Notes under the pieces: model-generated
What the model saw: the letters and a program-made list of their open reading frames with translations, nothing else
What the model was told of the DNA's origin: nothing
The model's database searches: none
DNA from: an uncultured Actinomycetota bacterium
GTDB lineage: Bacteria > Actinomycetota > Actinomycetes > Mycobacteriales > Micromonosporaceae
Direction of reading: 5' to 3'
Length of the DNA stretch: 64,000 nt
Assembly: GCA_963753485.1 (NCBI GenBank)
Contig: CAVWCL010000013.1
Location: 80,355 to 144,354, forward strand
Translations under genes and position numbers: made by a program
In this document: positions 1 through 8,937 of the stretch, one piece after another
Numbering within the stretch: position 1 is the stretch's first letter
Layout: every line of letters begins with the position of its first letter

Positions 1-63
1 CCGCGCGGCGAAGCGCCTCGAACCGGTCACCGAGATTGCTGCCGAGGGCCAGGACGGCCCGGG

Positions 64-456
64 TCATCTCGCCCGCCGGTGGATGGTCACGGCGACGTCG
101 GCGAAGGGGTGCCGGATCGGTGCGTGCGGTTTGTGCACCGTCACGGTGGCCTCGCGTACCCGCCGATCGGCCAGGCACGCCTGGACAAGCCGGTCGGCCA
201 AGGTCTCGATGAGCTGGACCGGCTCGCCGGCGACGATCTCAACCAACCGGTCCGCCAGCTCGCCATAGTGGACGGTGTCGGCCAGGTCATCGCTTCCCGC
301 CGCCGCGGACAGGTCGGTGACCAGCTCGGCATCGACGACGAACTCCTGCCCGGCGGAGCGCTCGGACGCGTAGACGCCGTGGTGGCCGCGCGCCCGTAGG
401 CCGGTCAGCCGGATGGTGTCGACCGCCGGGGCGTCTGCGCGGGCTGGCTTGATCAT
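64..456 (-). CDS. folB: dihydroneopterin aldolase
   Basis: 130-aa ORF with FolB-like sequence (TIRLTGLRARGHHGVY, GQEFVVD, VHKPHAPI). 4-bp overlap with the folP stop. Same position as Mtb Rv3607c. Confidence 0.85.
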   Translation of the reverse strand: MIKPARADAPAVDTIRLTGLRARGHHGVYASERSAGQEFVVDAELVTDLSAAAGSDDLADTVHYGELADRLVEIVAGEPVQLIETLADRLVQACLADRRVREATVTVHKPHAPIRHPFADVAVTIHRRAR

Positions 457-1310
457 CGCGCCGCCCTGGTGGCCGCGAGGACCGCGAACGCGTCAATGCT
501 GGCCTGCACATCGTGCACGCGCACCCCCCAGGCGCCGGCCTGGGCCGCCAGCAGGTTGACCGCGATGGTCGCCGCCTCACGCCCCTCGGTCGGCCGGGGC
601 GCTCCGTCGGCGCCGGCCAGCAGCGCCCCCAGGTAGGACTTGCGGCTGGCACCGACGAGGACCGGGTAGCCAAGGGACACGATCTGGTCCAGGTGGGCGC
701 AGAGCCGCCAGTTGTGCTCGGCCCGCTTGGCGAAACCCAGGCCCGGATCGATGACCAGCCGCGCCGGGTCGACCCCGGCCCGCTCGGCCGCGTCCACCCG
801 CTGGCGCAGCTCGTCGCAGACCTCTTTGACCACGTCACGGTACTCGGCGAGGTGCTGCATCCGGCGCGAATGCCCCCGCCAGTGCATGAGCACCCAGGGC
901 ACGCCTGCGTCGGCCACGACCGCAGCCATCCCCGGATCGGCCATGCCGCCCGACACATCGTTGACCACGCGTGCGCCCGCCGCCAACGCGGCCGCGGCCA
1001 CCTCCGCCCGGGTCGTGTCGATGCTCACCGCGACCCCCGCGGCGGCCAGGCTTCGCACCACCGGCAGGACGCGGGCGGTCTCGGTGGCGGCGTCGACCCG
1101 GTCAGCGCCTGGTCGGGTTGACTCGCCGCCGATATCGACGATGTCGGCACCGCCGACCGACAGATCCACCCCGTGCGCGATCGCCGCGTCGACATCCGCG
1201 TACCGACCGCCGTCGGAGAAGCTGTCCGGGGTCACGTTCAACACGCCCATGACGACCGGACGCTGCGGATCTGACCGCAGATCCGCGAGGCCGATCGGTG
1301 CGTTGCTCAC
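453..1310 (-). CDS. folP: dihydropteroate synthase
   Basis: DHPS motifs VMGVLNVTPDSFSDGGRY and DIVDIGGESTRPG. The ORF is open up to 1601, but the conserved core starts near 1250. GTG 1310 or ATG 1250 are the likely starts. Confidence 0.85.
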   Translation of the reverse strand: MSNAPIGLADLRSDPQRPVVMGVLNVTPDSFSDGGRYADVDAAIAHGVDLSVGGADIVDIGGESTRPGADRVDAATETARVLPVVRSLAAAGVAVSIDTTRAEVAAAALAAGARVVNDVSGGMADPGMAAVVADAGVPWVLMHWRGHSRRMQHLAEYRDVVKEVCDELRQRVDAAERAGVDPARLVIDPGLGFAKRAEHNWRLCAHLDQIVSLGYPVLVGASRKSYLGALLAGADGAPRPTEGREAATIAVNLLAAQAGAWGVRVHDVQASIDAFAVLAATRAAR

Positions 1311-1565
1311 GGAGGTGACGTTACTCAGGTCCCCGGCGGCGATGGCCGGTCCACCGCTCCCCGCTCTCGCGGCGTGCACATCGGACGAAGCGTCCGCCTG
1401 TCGGGTGATCGACAACCCCGGCCCCGGCGTCCACGGATTGGTACCCCAGAGGTGACGTCCGACCACGGACTGCAATATTCTTGTGCGTCGGGTGTTGGCG
1501 ATTCCTGGTACCGCTGGGACGCTGTCAGGGAGGCTTGGCCGCACGTGCACCGGGAGGTCCGCCAA

Positions 1566-1865
1566 ATGATCATCGCCACCCTCGCCCAGAGCGTCGGGCA
1601 TCCGCTGGCTGGCGCGGTTTCCACGATCCTCGCCGCCGAAGACCCGATCATCAACACCAATGGAATCGTTGCGGCCATCGCGAAGTACGTCGCTCCGATC
1701 CTGCTCGCCGTGCTGGGTGTGATCTTCATCAGCCGCGCCGGCAAGGGCGAGATGTCGAAGGTCCTTACCAGCTCAGCGATCGCCATCGTGGGTCTGGCCT
1801 TCATCGCCGGTGCCGGCGCCCTCTTCCTCTTCGGCACGAAGCTTGTCCAGCTGATCTTCGGGTAG
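1566..1865 (+). CDS. small two-helix membrane protein (first gene of T4SS-like module)
   Basis: 99 aa with GGGAGG about 8 nt upstream of the ATG and two long hydrophobic segments. A pilin/VirB2-like role is inferred from position only. Confidence 0.55.
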   Translation: MIIATLAQSVGHPLAGAVSTILAAEDPIINTNGIVAAIAKYVAPILLAVLGVIFISRAGKGEMSKVLTSSAIAIVGLAFIAGAGALFLFGTKLVQLIFG

Positions 1866-1870
1866 GGCAC

Positions 1871-2236
1871 ATGCGCCTGCGGACCGACGACGACATCTAC
1901 CGGGCCCGGCTGGTCTACCTCGGGCCACCTGGCTACACGCTCCCGGTCCAGTTGTCGTACGCGCAGTACGGGCTGTTCATCCTGCTCGTACCAGTATTCA
2001 TGTTCATCCATTATCTGTTCACGCTCAGCGTCGATGTCATCCCGGCCTGGGAGATCGCGCTGGCCATGGTCACGACATCGTTCATCTGGCGCTATGTCGA
2101 CCCCGACCGGCCGGCACGGATGGTGATCCGGACCGCTCTCACGGACTGGCGGGGCAAGCGGCCGGTCTCCGACCACGACGAACGGGCGCCGCGGTTGGTC
2201 GGCCGACACATCCGGGTGCGGGAGCGGCTGCCGTGA
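1871..2236 (+). CDS. small membrane protein (VirB3/PrgI-like by position)
   Basis: 121 aa with two central hydrophobic helices (LFILLVPVFMFIHYLF, IALAMVTTSFIW). Its stop overlaps the GTG of the downstream ATPase (GTGA). Confidence 0.5.
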   Translation: MRLRTDDDIYRARLVYLGPPGYTLPVQLSYAQYGLFILLVPVFMFIHYLFTLSVDVIPAWEIALAMVTTSFIWRYVDPDRPARMVIRTALTDWRGKRPVSDHDERAPRLVGRHIRVRERLP

Positions 2237-5200
2237 CCCAGACCAGCCGGGAAGATACCGGCGACGATCTGAGCCCGGTCGACCCGGACTTCGCCGACTA
2301 CTACGACGACGCCCCGGTCAGCGCGCCGCCGGCCCTACTGCGCCCGCCGGCCCCATTGCCCAGCGGATTGCCGATCCGGCGCCCGACGCAGCCACCCGGC
2401 CCGCCGACGAGCGCACAACCGCCACTACCGTCGCGCGCGGTACCGCCGCGACGAGCCGACCCACCGCCCCGGCCGACCTCCGGTGATCTGGATTCGCCAT
2501 TCCTCGGACTGTTTCCCGGTCCCGCGAGGTCAGCCGCCCCGGACGCCGCCACCACCGGCGCCGTGGCCCGCGCGGCGGCACCGCCCCGACCTAACGGCGC
2601 TAAGCTGCCCCAGCCCACCGGTGACCGTCGCCGGGGCGGTCCGGTACCGACTCGCGCTCCCGCTCTGCCGGCCCAGCCGGCGCCTCGCGATCGCACGATC
2701 CGCCGGACGCCACCGCCACCACCACGGCGCCGGCCAGCCGCCCCGCTGCCGACGCCGTCCCGCCCGAAATACAAGGACAAGGACGCCGCGGTCGAGCTGG
2801 CCATCACCGAGATCGCCGGCCACCTCACCTTCACTCCGACCATGGTGACGGCGTGGTACTGGCTTCCCGAGGTCCGCTGGGCGTTCCGGCCGGATCCCGA
2901 TCGGGAAGCGCTCATTGTCGCGATCTCCGAGCAGTACGCCGGGTTGGCCGGGTTCCGGCTGCACCTGCGGCGCACCACCCGGCCGTTCGCGGCGGACGAA
3001 TGGGCCCGCGCCCTCGATCACAACACCGCGCGTCCGTTGCCCGATGTCGCTGGCGCGCCAAACTGGGGCGACCATCTTGTGGGAGCTCAGAAACACCTAC
3101 TATCCATGAACCACGCCGAAGGCCAGACGTTTCTGGGCATCGCCTTTGCCCGCCGCACGCTCGGCGACACCTTTGCCGAGCGGCTAGGCGGGCTGTTCCG
3201 GCGCGGCTCCGGCGACGCCGAACGCAAGCGGTGGGCCCGTACGGTCGAGCAGTTCGACGAGGTCCTCGGGGCATTCGGGATGCGTGGCCGGCGGGTCGCC
3301 GCGGCCGAACTCGAGTGGCTGCTCTACCGCTCGGTGGCACTCGGGATGTCCCCGCCCACCGGCCTGTCGGGCTCGGCCCGCGGCGAGTGGGCCCGCGGCG
3401 ACCTGCTGGCCCTGACCGAGCAGATCGAACGGTTCCGGTCGCCGTACGGATCCACCACGAGGTTGGTCAACCGGCTCACCGGCGAGGAACGCCACATCGC
3501 TGTGCTGACGGTCGGGCGGATGGAACCACTGGAGATCCCCGAACGGCACGAGCCGTGGCTGCATTTTCACGAACGACTGCCATGGCCGATGGAGCTGTCG
3601 TCGCGGGTGGACGTGCTGGGCCCGGGCGACTCGTTCCGGAACCTGGAGCATCGGCTCCGGATGATCCGTTCGCAACAGCTCGACTATGCCGAACATGGCA
3701 TGGACGCGCCGCCGGAGCTGGAGCGCCTCGCCCAGCGCGCTTTGGTGCTCGGTGACGAGATGACCACCGGGCTGCCGGTCGACTCGTCCCGGGTGCACGG
3801 CTGGCACCGCCTTGCCGTTTCCGGTGCCACCCGGGAGGAGTGCCTCGAGCGCGCCCGCCGGGTGATCCAGGTCTACCAGCGCGAGCTGCGGATCTCGTTG
3901 CAGCACCCGAAGGGTCAGGAGGCGCTGGCCCGCGAGTTCATCCCGGGCGAACCGCTGGCGAATGCGGGCTACCTGCGCCGGATGCCGGTGAAGCTGCTCG
4001 CGGCCGCGTTGCCGCAGGCGGCATCGACGGTCGGCGATCGCCGGGGGGACCTGATCGGGCGCACCGCCGGGACCTCCCGCCGGCCCGTATTCCTTGATCT
4101 GCATTTTCCGATGGAGGTACGGGAACGCTCGGGCCTCGCGGTCTTCGTGGCCGAACCCGGGGGCGGCAAGTCGACCCTGTTGGGCGCGCTGGGCTACCTG
4201 GCGGCCCGCCGTGGCGTCCAGGTCACGTTGCTCGATCCATCGGGCCCACTGGCCCGGCTGTGCCAGCTGCCCGAGCTGCGACCGTTCTCCCGGGTGCTGA
4301 ACCTGACCGGTTCGGAACAGGGCACCCTGGCGCCGTATGCGCTCATCCCGACGCCACACCGCGCGCATTATCCGACCGGAACCGCCGGCGAGCAGGAGTA
4401 CGGCATCGCCGTCTCCAACGCGCGCGCCGAACGCCGGATGCTTGTGCAGGACATCTGCTCGATGCTGGTGCCGCCGCAGGTCGCCCGGGAGGCGTCGACG
4501 GCGACCGCACTGCGCCATGCGGTCCGCAGCGTGCCCGCCGACGAGACCGCCACGCTGGACGACATCGTCTCCTGCCTGCAGTCCTCGCCCGACTCGGACG
4601 CCCGGGAGCTCGGCAATCTACTCCTCGACACCGCGGAGATGCCGCTGGCGATGCTCTTCTTCGGCTCGCCACCGCCGGCGACGCTCACCGACGAAGCCGC
4701 GCTGACCGTGATCACCATGGCCGGACTCCGGTTGCCCGATCTCAAGGTCGAGCGGGAGTACTGGTCGGCCGAGGAGCAGCTCGCCCTGCCGATGCTGCAC
4801 ACCGCCCACCGGCTTGCGGTGCGCCGCAGCTACGGGGGAGCGATGGAGGCGCGCAAGCTGGTCGGTCTGGATGAGGCCCATTTCATGGAAGGGTGGCGTT
4901 CTGGCCGCTCGTTCCTGGTGCGCCTCGCCCGGGACTCCCGCAAGTGGAACCTTTCCGCCATCGTGGCTTCCCAGAATCCCCGCGACATCCTGGGTCTTGA
5001 CGTACAGAACCTGGTTTCGACGGTCTTCGTCGGTCGCATCGCCGAAGACTCCGAGATCGCCACCGAAGCCCTTCGGCTGCTCCGCGTACCGGTGGACGAC
5101 GGATACGAGGCGGTACTCGCCTCGCTGTCGCAGGTCGACTCGGCCTCGTCGTCCCGGCTTGGTTTCCGGGAATTCGTCATGCGCGACGTCGACGGACGGG

Positions 5201-5310
5201 TGCAGAAGGTGCGCATCGACGTCTCGTGGGTGCCCGGCCTCCTCGACCAGCTCGATACCACCCCCGTGGGCGCCCCCGACGCGGCACACCCCCCATTGCC
5301 GGAGGACTGA
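2233..5310 (+). CDS. VirB4/TraC-type conjugation/secretion ATPase
   Basis: 1025 aa. Walker A is VAEPGGGKSTLLGALG, Walker B-like is LVGLDEAHF, followed by ASQNPRDI, with a large N-terminal domain typical of VirB4-like proteins. The first ~190 aa are Pro-rich, so the true start could be later, although the GTGA coupling supports 2233. Confidence 0.75.
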   Translation: MTQTSREDTGDDLSPVDPDFADYYDDAPVSAPPALLRPPAPLPSGLPIRRPTQPPGPPTSAQPPLPSRAVPPRRADPPPRPTSGDLDSPFLGLFPGPARSAAPDAATTGAVARAAAPPRPNGAKLPQPTGDRRRGGPVPTRAPALPAQPAPRDRTIRRTPPPPPRRRPAAPLPTPSRPKYKDKDAAVELAITEIAGHLTFTPTMVTAWYWLPEVRWAFRPDPDREALIVAISEQYAGLAGFRLHLRRTTRPFAADEWARALDHNTARPLPDVAGAPNWGDHLVGAQKHLLSMNHAEGQTFLGIAFARRTLGDTFAERLGGLFRRGSGDAERKRWARTVEQFDEVLGAFGMRGRRVAAAELEWLLYRSVALGMSPPTGLSGSARGEWARGDLLALTEQIERFRSPYGSTTRLVNRLTGEERHIAVLTVGRMEPLEIPERHEPWLHFHERLPWPMELSSRVDVLGPGDSFRNLEHRLRMIRSQQLDYAEHGMDAPPELERLAQRALVLGDEMTTGLPVDSSRVHGWHRLAVSGATREECLERARRVIQVYQRELRISLQHPKGQEALAREFIPGEPLANAGYLRRMPVKLLAAALPQAASTVGDRRGDLIGRTAGTSRRPVFLDLHFPMEVRERSGLAVFVAEPGGGKSTLLGALGYLAARRGVQVTLLDPSGPLARLCQLPELRPFSRVLNLTGSEQGTLAPYALIPTPHRAHYPTGTAGEQEYGIAVSNARAERRMLVQDICSMLVPPQVAREASTATALRHAVRSVPADETATLDDIVSCLQSSPDSDARELGNLLLDTAEMPLAMLFFGSPPPATLTDEAALTVITMAGLRLPDLKVEREYWSAEEQLALPMLHTAHRLAVRRSYGGAMEARKLVGLDEAHFMEGWRSGRSFLVRLARDSRKWNLSAIVASQNPRDILGLDVQNLVSTVFVGRIAEDSEIATEALRLLRVPVDDGYEAVLASLSQVDSASSSRLGFREFVMRDVDGRVQKVRIDVSWVPGLLDQLDTTPVGAPDAAHPPLPED

Positions 5311-5312
5311 CC

Positions 5313-7181
5313 ATGACGAGCCTGGTGGGCCGCCCGCATGGCGGTTGGCCTGCGACGCCCGGCGCCGGAGCGGAGGCGGGTCGCCCGGTCGGCGATCGGG
5401 ACCGGCTGGTCGCCCTCCTGCTCGCGATCCTGTTCCTCGCGGTCGCGGTCGTCGTGTTTCCGGCGCAGCGAGCCGCAGCCGCCGGCCAACCGAGCCGAAC
5501 GGCGCTCAGCTTGTGCAGCGTGGCCGAATGGCGGGCCGACATCTCCGGTTGTGTGGACCGGCTGGCCGCGGCTCCGACCTGCCTGCAGGCTCCGTCCCCG
5601 AGCTCGCCCGACTCCGGGTTCGCCGGCTGGTTCGCCTCCCGGCCCGACTCTTCGAGAGTGCCAGGAATCGTCGGCGTCTACAGCCACTTCGGCTACGCCG
5701 GCTACTCCTACGAGACCTACGACGCCGGCTGCTTGGAGACGCTCACCCATCCCGACACCAAGTTCGAGAACACGGTCGCCAACGGTGAGTTCATGCTCGC
5801 GGCCGCGGTCATGGGCGCAGCGAACGCGCTCCGCGAGCGGGCCTGGGTACCCGGACTGATGTGGGGGTGGGCCGATCCGCTCGTCGACAAGGCCACGAAG
5901 GCGATCTACCGGCAGGTCTTCACCGTCTTCGGCGCGCTCTCCCTCGCCATTGTCGGGCTCTACCTGCTGTGGCGCTCGCGTCAGGCGCAGCTGAGCGCGG
6001 CCATGACCGCGGCCGGGTGGGCGGTGCTGGTCATGGTGGTGGTGACGGCGCTGGCGGCCTGGCCGGTGTTCAGCGCTCACGCGGCCGACCGCACGCTCGT
6101 GGGATCGCTGGATCTGGTCCACAGCGCGATCGGGCCGCCGGTCGAGGACATCCCGCCGGCCCTGTGCAAGGTGCCCAACCCGGCGGCCTGTAAGGATCAC
6201 CGGACGCCGGCGATCCGCGCCAGCGACACCGCCGTCGAGACCATGCTCTACCGAAACTGGCTACGCGGGCTGCTGGGCTCGGATGACAGCCTCACCGCGC
6301 AGAAGTACGGCCGGGCGCTGTATGAGGCCAAGTCGTTCAGCTGGGCCGAACAGGCGTCGATCCACGCCGACCCCTCGATCCGAGACCAGGTCATCGCCCG
6401 CAAGGCGGCGCAGTGGAACAAGGTCGCCGGTCAGATCAAGGTCGAGGATCCGGAGGCCTACGAGTACCTCACCGGGTCGAAGGGCACGGAACGCATCGGT
6501 GCGGGACTCATCGCGCTGCTGGCCTCGGTGCTGTTCGGCTTCTTCGACCTGGTCGCGTCGCTGCTCGTGCTCCTGGGCTTCCTGCTCTTCCGGTGGGCGG
6601 TGATCGCCGCCCCGCTGCTGGGCACGGTGGCGATCCTGCGACCCGCCAGCGCGGGCTTCCGCCGGCTCGCCAATGCGGTGGTGGCCGCGATATTCAACAT
6701 CGTCATCTTCGGCACCGGAGCCGCGATCTACTTGTTCGCAGTGGACCTCATCATGAACACCGCATCCCTGCCCGGCTGGCTGCAGGTGGTGCTCGTCGGT
6801 CTGTGCGGCGCGGTGGGTTGGCTCCTGCTCCGGCCGTTTCGCCGGCTCACCCAGCTCGCCGGCGGCAGCTCGCCGACTGCGGTAGCGCTGGCGAGCAAGC
6901 CCCGGGCGGCGGAGCCGGCCCCGGGCGGCGCCGAAACGGTGGCGTCGGGTCCGGCGGTCCAGCGCACGGAGCTCCGCGCGGAGGCACCGGCGGAGGTGGT
7001 GGCGAGTGCGCCGGCGAGAAATCGCCTGCCGGCGCCGGTCGGTGCCGGCTGGGAAGAACCGCGGTATGCGGCCGAGCCGCACCCGACGTTCTACCGCCCC
7101 GAGCGCCGGCCCGCCGCGGTCCCGATGGTGAGCTCAGCGGGCCCCGCCAGGCGGCTTGAGGCGCGACAGGACGGCGGATAA
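5313..7181 (+). CDS. polytopic membrane protein (VirB6/TrbL-like by architecture)
   Basis: 622 aa with GGAGGA 6 nt upstream. N-terminal anchor/signal, many hydrophobic segments and a Pro/Ala-rich C-terminal tail. Confidence 0.55.
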   Translation: MTSLVGRPHGGWPATPGAGAEAGRPVGDRDRLVALLLAILFLAVAVVVFPAQRAAAAGQPSRTALSLCSVAEWRADISGCVDRLAAAPTCLQAPSPSSPDSGFAGWFASRPDSSRVPGIVGVYSHFGYAGYSYETYDAGCLETLTHPDTKFENTVANGEFMLAAAVMGAANALRERAWVPGLMWGWADPLVDKATKAIYRQVFTVFGALSLAIVGLYLLWRSRQAQLSAAMTAAGWAVLVMVVVTALAAWPVFSAHAADRTLVGSLDLVHSAIGPPVEDIPPALCKVPNPAACKDHRTPAIRASDTAVETMLYRNWLRGLLGSDDSLTAQKYGRALYEAKSFSWAEQASIHADPSIRDQVIARKAAQWNKVAGQIKVEDPEAYEYLTGSKGTERIGAGLIALLASVLFGFFDLVASLLVLLGFLLFRWAVIAAPLLGTVAILRPASAGFRRLANAVVAAIFNIVIFGTGAAIYLFAVDLIMNTASLPGWLQVVLVGLCGAVGWLLLRPFRRLTQLAGGSSPTAVALASKPRAAEPAPGGAETVASGPAVQRTELRAEAPAEVVASAPARNRLPAPVGAGWEEPRYAAEPHPTFYRPERRPAAVPMVSSAGPARRLEARQDGG

Positions 7182-7182
7182 C

Positions 7183-7695
7183 ATGCGCTGGCTCCTCGAC
7201 CGGGTCGGGCTGCGCGGCGGCGTGGTGGCCGGCATTGTGCTGCTGGTCGCGGCCGCGGTCGCGGTTGGCCGGATGCTCGGTGCCGCTCCGGCCTCGGGCC
7301 CCTTCGACGCGGACCTCCCCTCGGTCGCGGCCGTCGACCCCAGCGCGGGCGACGACGCGGAGGTCGCCGCGACCCCGAGCGGGTACGCCGACGACGCACT
7401 GGTGCGCGCCCGCGCGGACCAGTTCATCACCGCCTGGTTGCGTCGCGATCTGCCGGCGGGTGCCTGGCATGCGCGGCTCGAGCCGCTCTCGACGACCCGG
7501 CTGGCGGCCGGCCTGGTCGGAGTCGACCCGGCCGGCGTGCCGGCGAGCCGGCAGCGGTCGGAACCGGAGCTCGGACTACGCAACGACTCCGTGGCCCGGG
7601 TGAGCATCGCCGTCGACACCGGCACGGTCATTCTGACCCTGCTCAAGCAGCGCGGTGGCTGGCTGGTCGACGCGGTGGATTGGCAAGCCTCATGA
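7183..7695 (+). CDS. membrane-anchored hypothetical protein
   Basis: 170 aa with an N-terminal TM (VVAGIVLLVAAAVAV) and a soluble domain. No family recognised. Confidence 0.5.
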   Translation: MRWLLDRVGLRGGVVAGIVLLVAAAVAVGRMLGAAPASGPFDADLPSVAAVDPSAGDDAEVAATPSGYADDALVRARADQFITAWLRRDLPAGAWHARLEPLSTTRLAAGLVGVDPAGVPASRQRSEPELGLRNDSVARVSIAVDTGTVILTLLKQRGGWLVDAVDWQAS

Positions 7696-7801
7696 GCGAG
7701 TACAGCGAGGCGCCGCCATGAGTGAACGCAGTGAGCGAATCATCAGGCACAGGGTGCTCGTGCGTCATGGCGGCGGTGAGCGCAGCGAGGCGACGCCATG
7801 A
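7692..7801 (+). other. two ATGA-coupled mini-ORFs (9 and 27 codons) bridging two genes
   Basis: ATG 7692 overlaps the stop of the upstream gene (ATGA). MSEYSEAPP ends at TGA 7719-7721, overlapping ATG 7718. The 27-codon ORF ends at TGA 7799-7801, overlapping ATG 7798 of the hydrolase gene. A 21-nt direct repeat AGCGAGGCG(C/A)CGCCATGAGTG occurs at 7704 and 7784. Confidence 0.45.
7711..7775 (+). promoter_or_regulatory. predicted RNA hairpin sequestering the mini-ORF start
   Basis: CGCCGCCATG (7711-7720) pairs with CATGGCGGCG (7766-7775), and ACGCA (7726-7730) pairs with TGCGT (7761-7765). That gives a 15-bp stem with a 5-nt bulge that includes ATG 7718. Confidence 0.35.
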
Positions 7802-8937
7802 GTGCCGCTGTGCCCGTCCTGCCACGGCGAACTGGCCGGGGCGTGCGGCGCCTCGTCGTCGCGGTCTCGATCGTCCTGGCGCTGTGCCTCGCCTGTGGTG
7901 GCGGCCTGGCCATCTCGGCCTTGACCGGCCTGTTCGGTGACGGCGACACGGCCTTCGCCACCGGCTGCGGCAGTGGTCCGGCGCTCGACCTCACCGGCCC
8001 GCTGCCCGCGGTCCCCCAGCTCACCGCCGACCAGACGCGAAACGCCGCCATCATCATCCATGTTGGACAGGGTCTGAAGATTCCTCCGCGCGGCTGGGTG
8101 ATCGGAGTCGCCACCGCTCTGCAGGAGTCGCGGCTGACCAACCTGCCCGACCTGGGGGCGCACAACGACCACGACTCGATCGGGCTCTTCCAGCAGCGTC
8201 CCAGCCAGGGCTGGGGAACGCCGGCCCAGCTGGCCGATCCCGCTTACCAGTCGCGGAGGTTCTTCGAGAAGCTGCTGCGCATTCCGGGCTGGTCGAGCCT
8301 GCCGTTGACGGTGGCCGCCCAGCGGGTACAGATCAGTGCCTACCCGGACGCGTATGCGAAACACGAGCTGTTCGCCTCCCTGATCGTCGATGCCCTCACC
8401 GGCGGGGCCAGTCACGCGGTCGGGTCCGCCATCGCACTGCGGTGCGCGGCCGGTGTCGAGATCGCTGCCTCCGGCTGGACGGTGCCCGTGGTCGGCCCGA
8501 TCACGTCGGGGTTCCGCACGCCCGACCGGCCGGCGCACGACGGCGTCGACATCGCCGTGCCCAAGGGGACGCCGATCCACGCCGCCGCTGCCGGCGTCGT
8601 ACTGGTCGCGACGTGCAACGCTCACATCGGCGGGCAACCGTTCGGCTGCGACCGCGACGGGGGCCTGTTCGTACAGGGATGCGGGTGGTACGTCGACATC
8701 CTTCATGCCGGTGGCATCATCACGCGCTACTGCCACCAGCGGGTCCGCCCACTGGTCTCGGTTGGCGATACCGTCGCCGCCGGTCAGGTCATCGGTGTGT
8801 CGGGATCGTCGGGCAACTCGTCCGGGCCGCATGTCCACTTCGAGGTCCACACCGGCGGCGACAGCAGCCACGCCGGCGCGATCAATCCGATCGCCTTCAT
8901 GAGCCAGGTTGGCGCGCCCCTCGTGAGCGGCGCGTGA
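7798..8937 (+). CDS. secreted cell-wall hydrolase: N-terminal muramidase-like domain plus M23 peptidase
   Basis: 379 aa with a signal/anchor (LVVAVSIVLALCLACGGG). SIGLFQQRPSQGWG..AAQRVQISAYPDAY is a domain seen in actinomycete conjugative hydrolases. M23 motifs are HDGVDIAVPKGTPIHAAAAG and GSSGNSSGPHVHFEVH. Confidence 0.8.
   Translation: MSAAVPVLPRRTGRGVRRLVVAVSIVLALCLACGGGLAISALTGLFGDGDTAFATGCGSGPALDLTGPLPAVPQLTADQTRNAAIIIHVGQGLKIPPRGWVIGVATALQESRLTNLPDLGAHNDHDSIGLFQQRPSQGWGTPAQLADPAYQSRRFFEKLLRIPGWSSLPLTVAAQRVQISAYPDAYAKHELFASLIVDALTGGASHAVGSAIALRCAAGVEIAASGWTVPVVGPITSGFRTPDRPAHDGVDIAVPKGTPIHAAAAGVVLVATCNAHIGGQPFGCDRDGGLFVQGCGWYVDILHAGGIITRYCHQRVRPLVSVGDTVAAGQVIGVSGSSGNSSGPHVHFEVHTGGDSSHAGAINPIAFMSQVGAPLVSGA

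Noticed and set aside
453-1601. Full 382-aa extent of the folP ORF
   Set aside because: The first ~95 codons lack DHPS similarity and overlap the divergent promoter region and start of the 1566 gene. A shorter folP is called instead.
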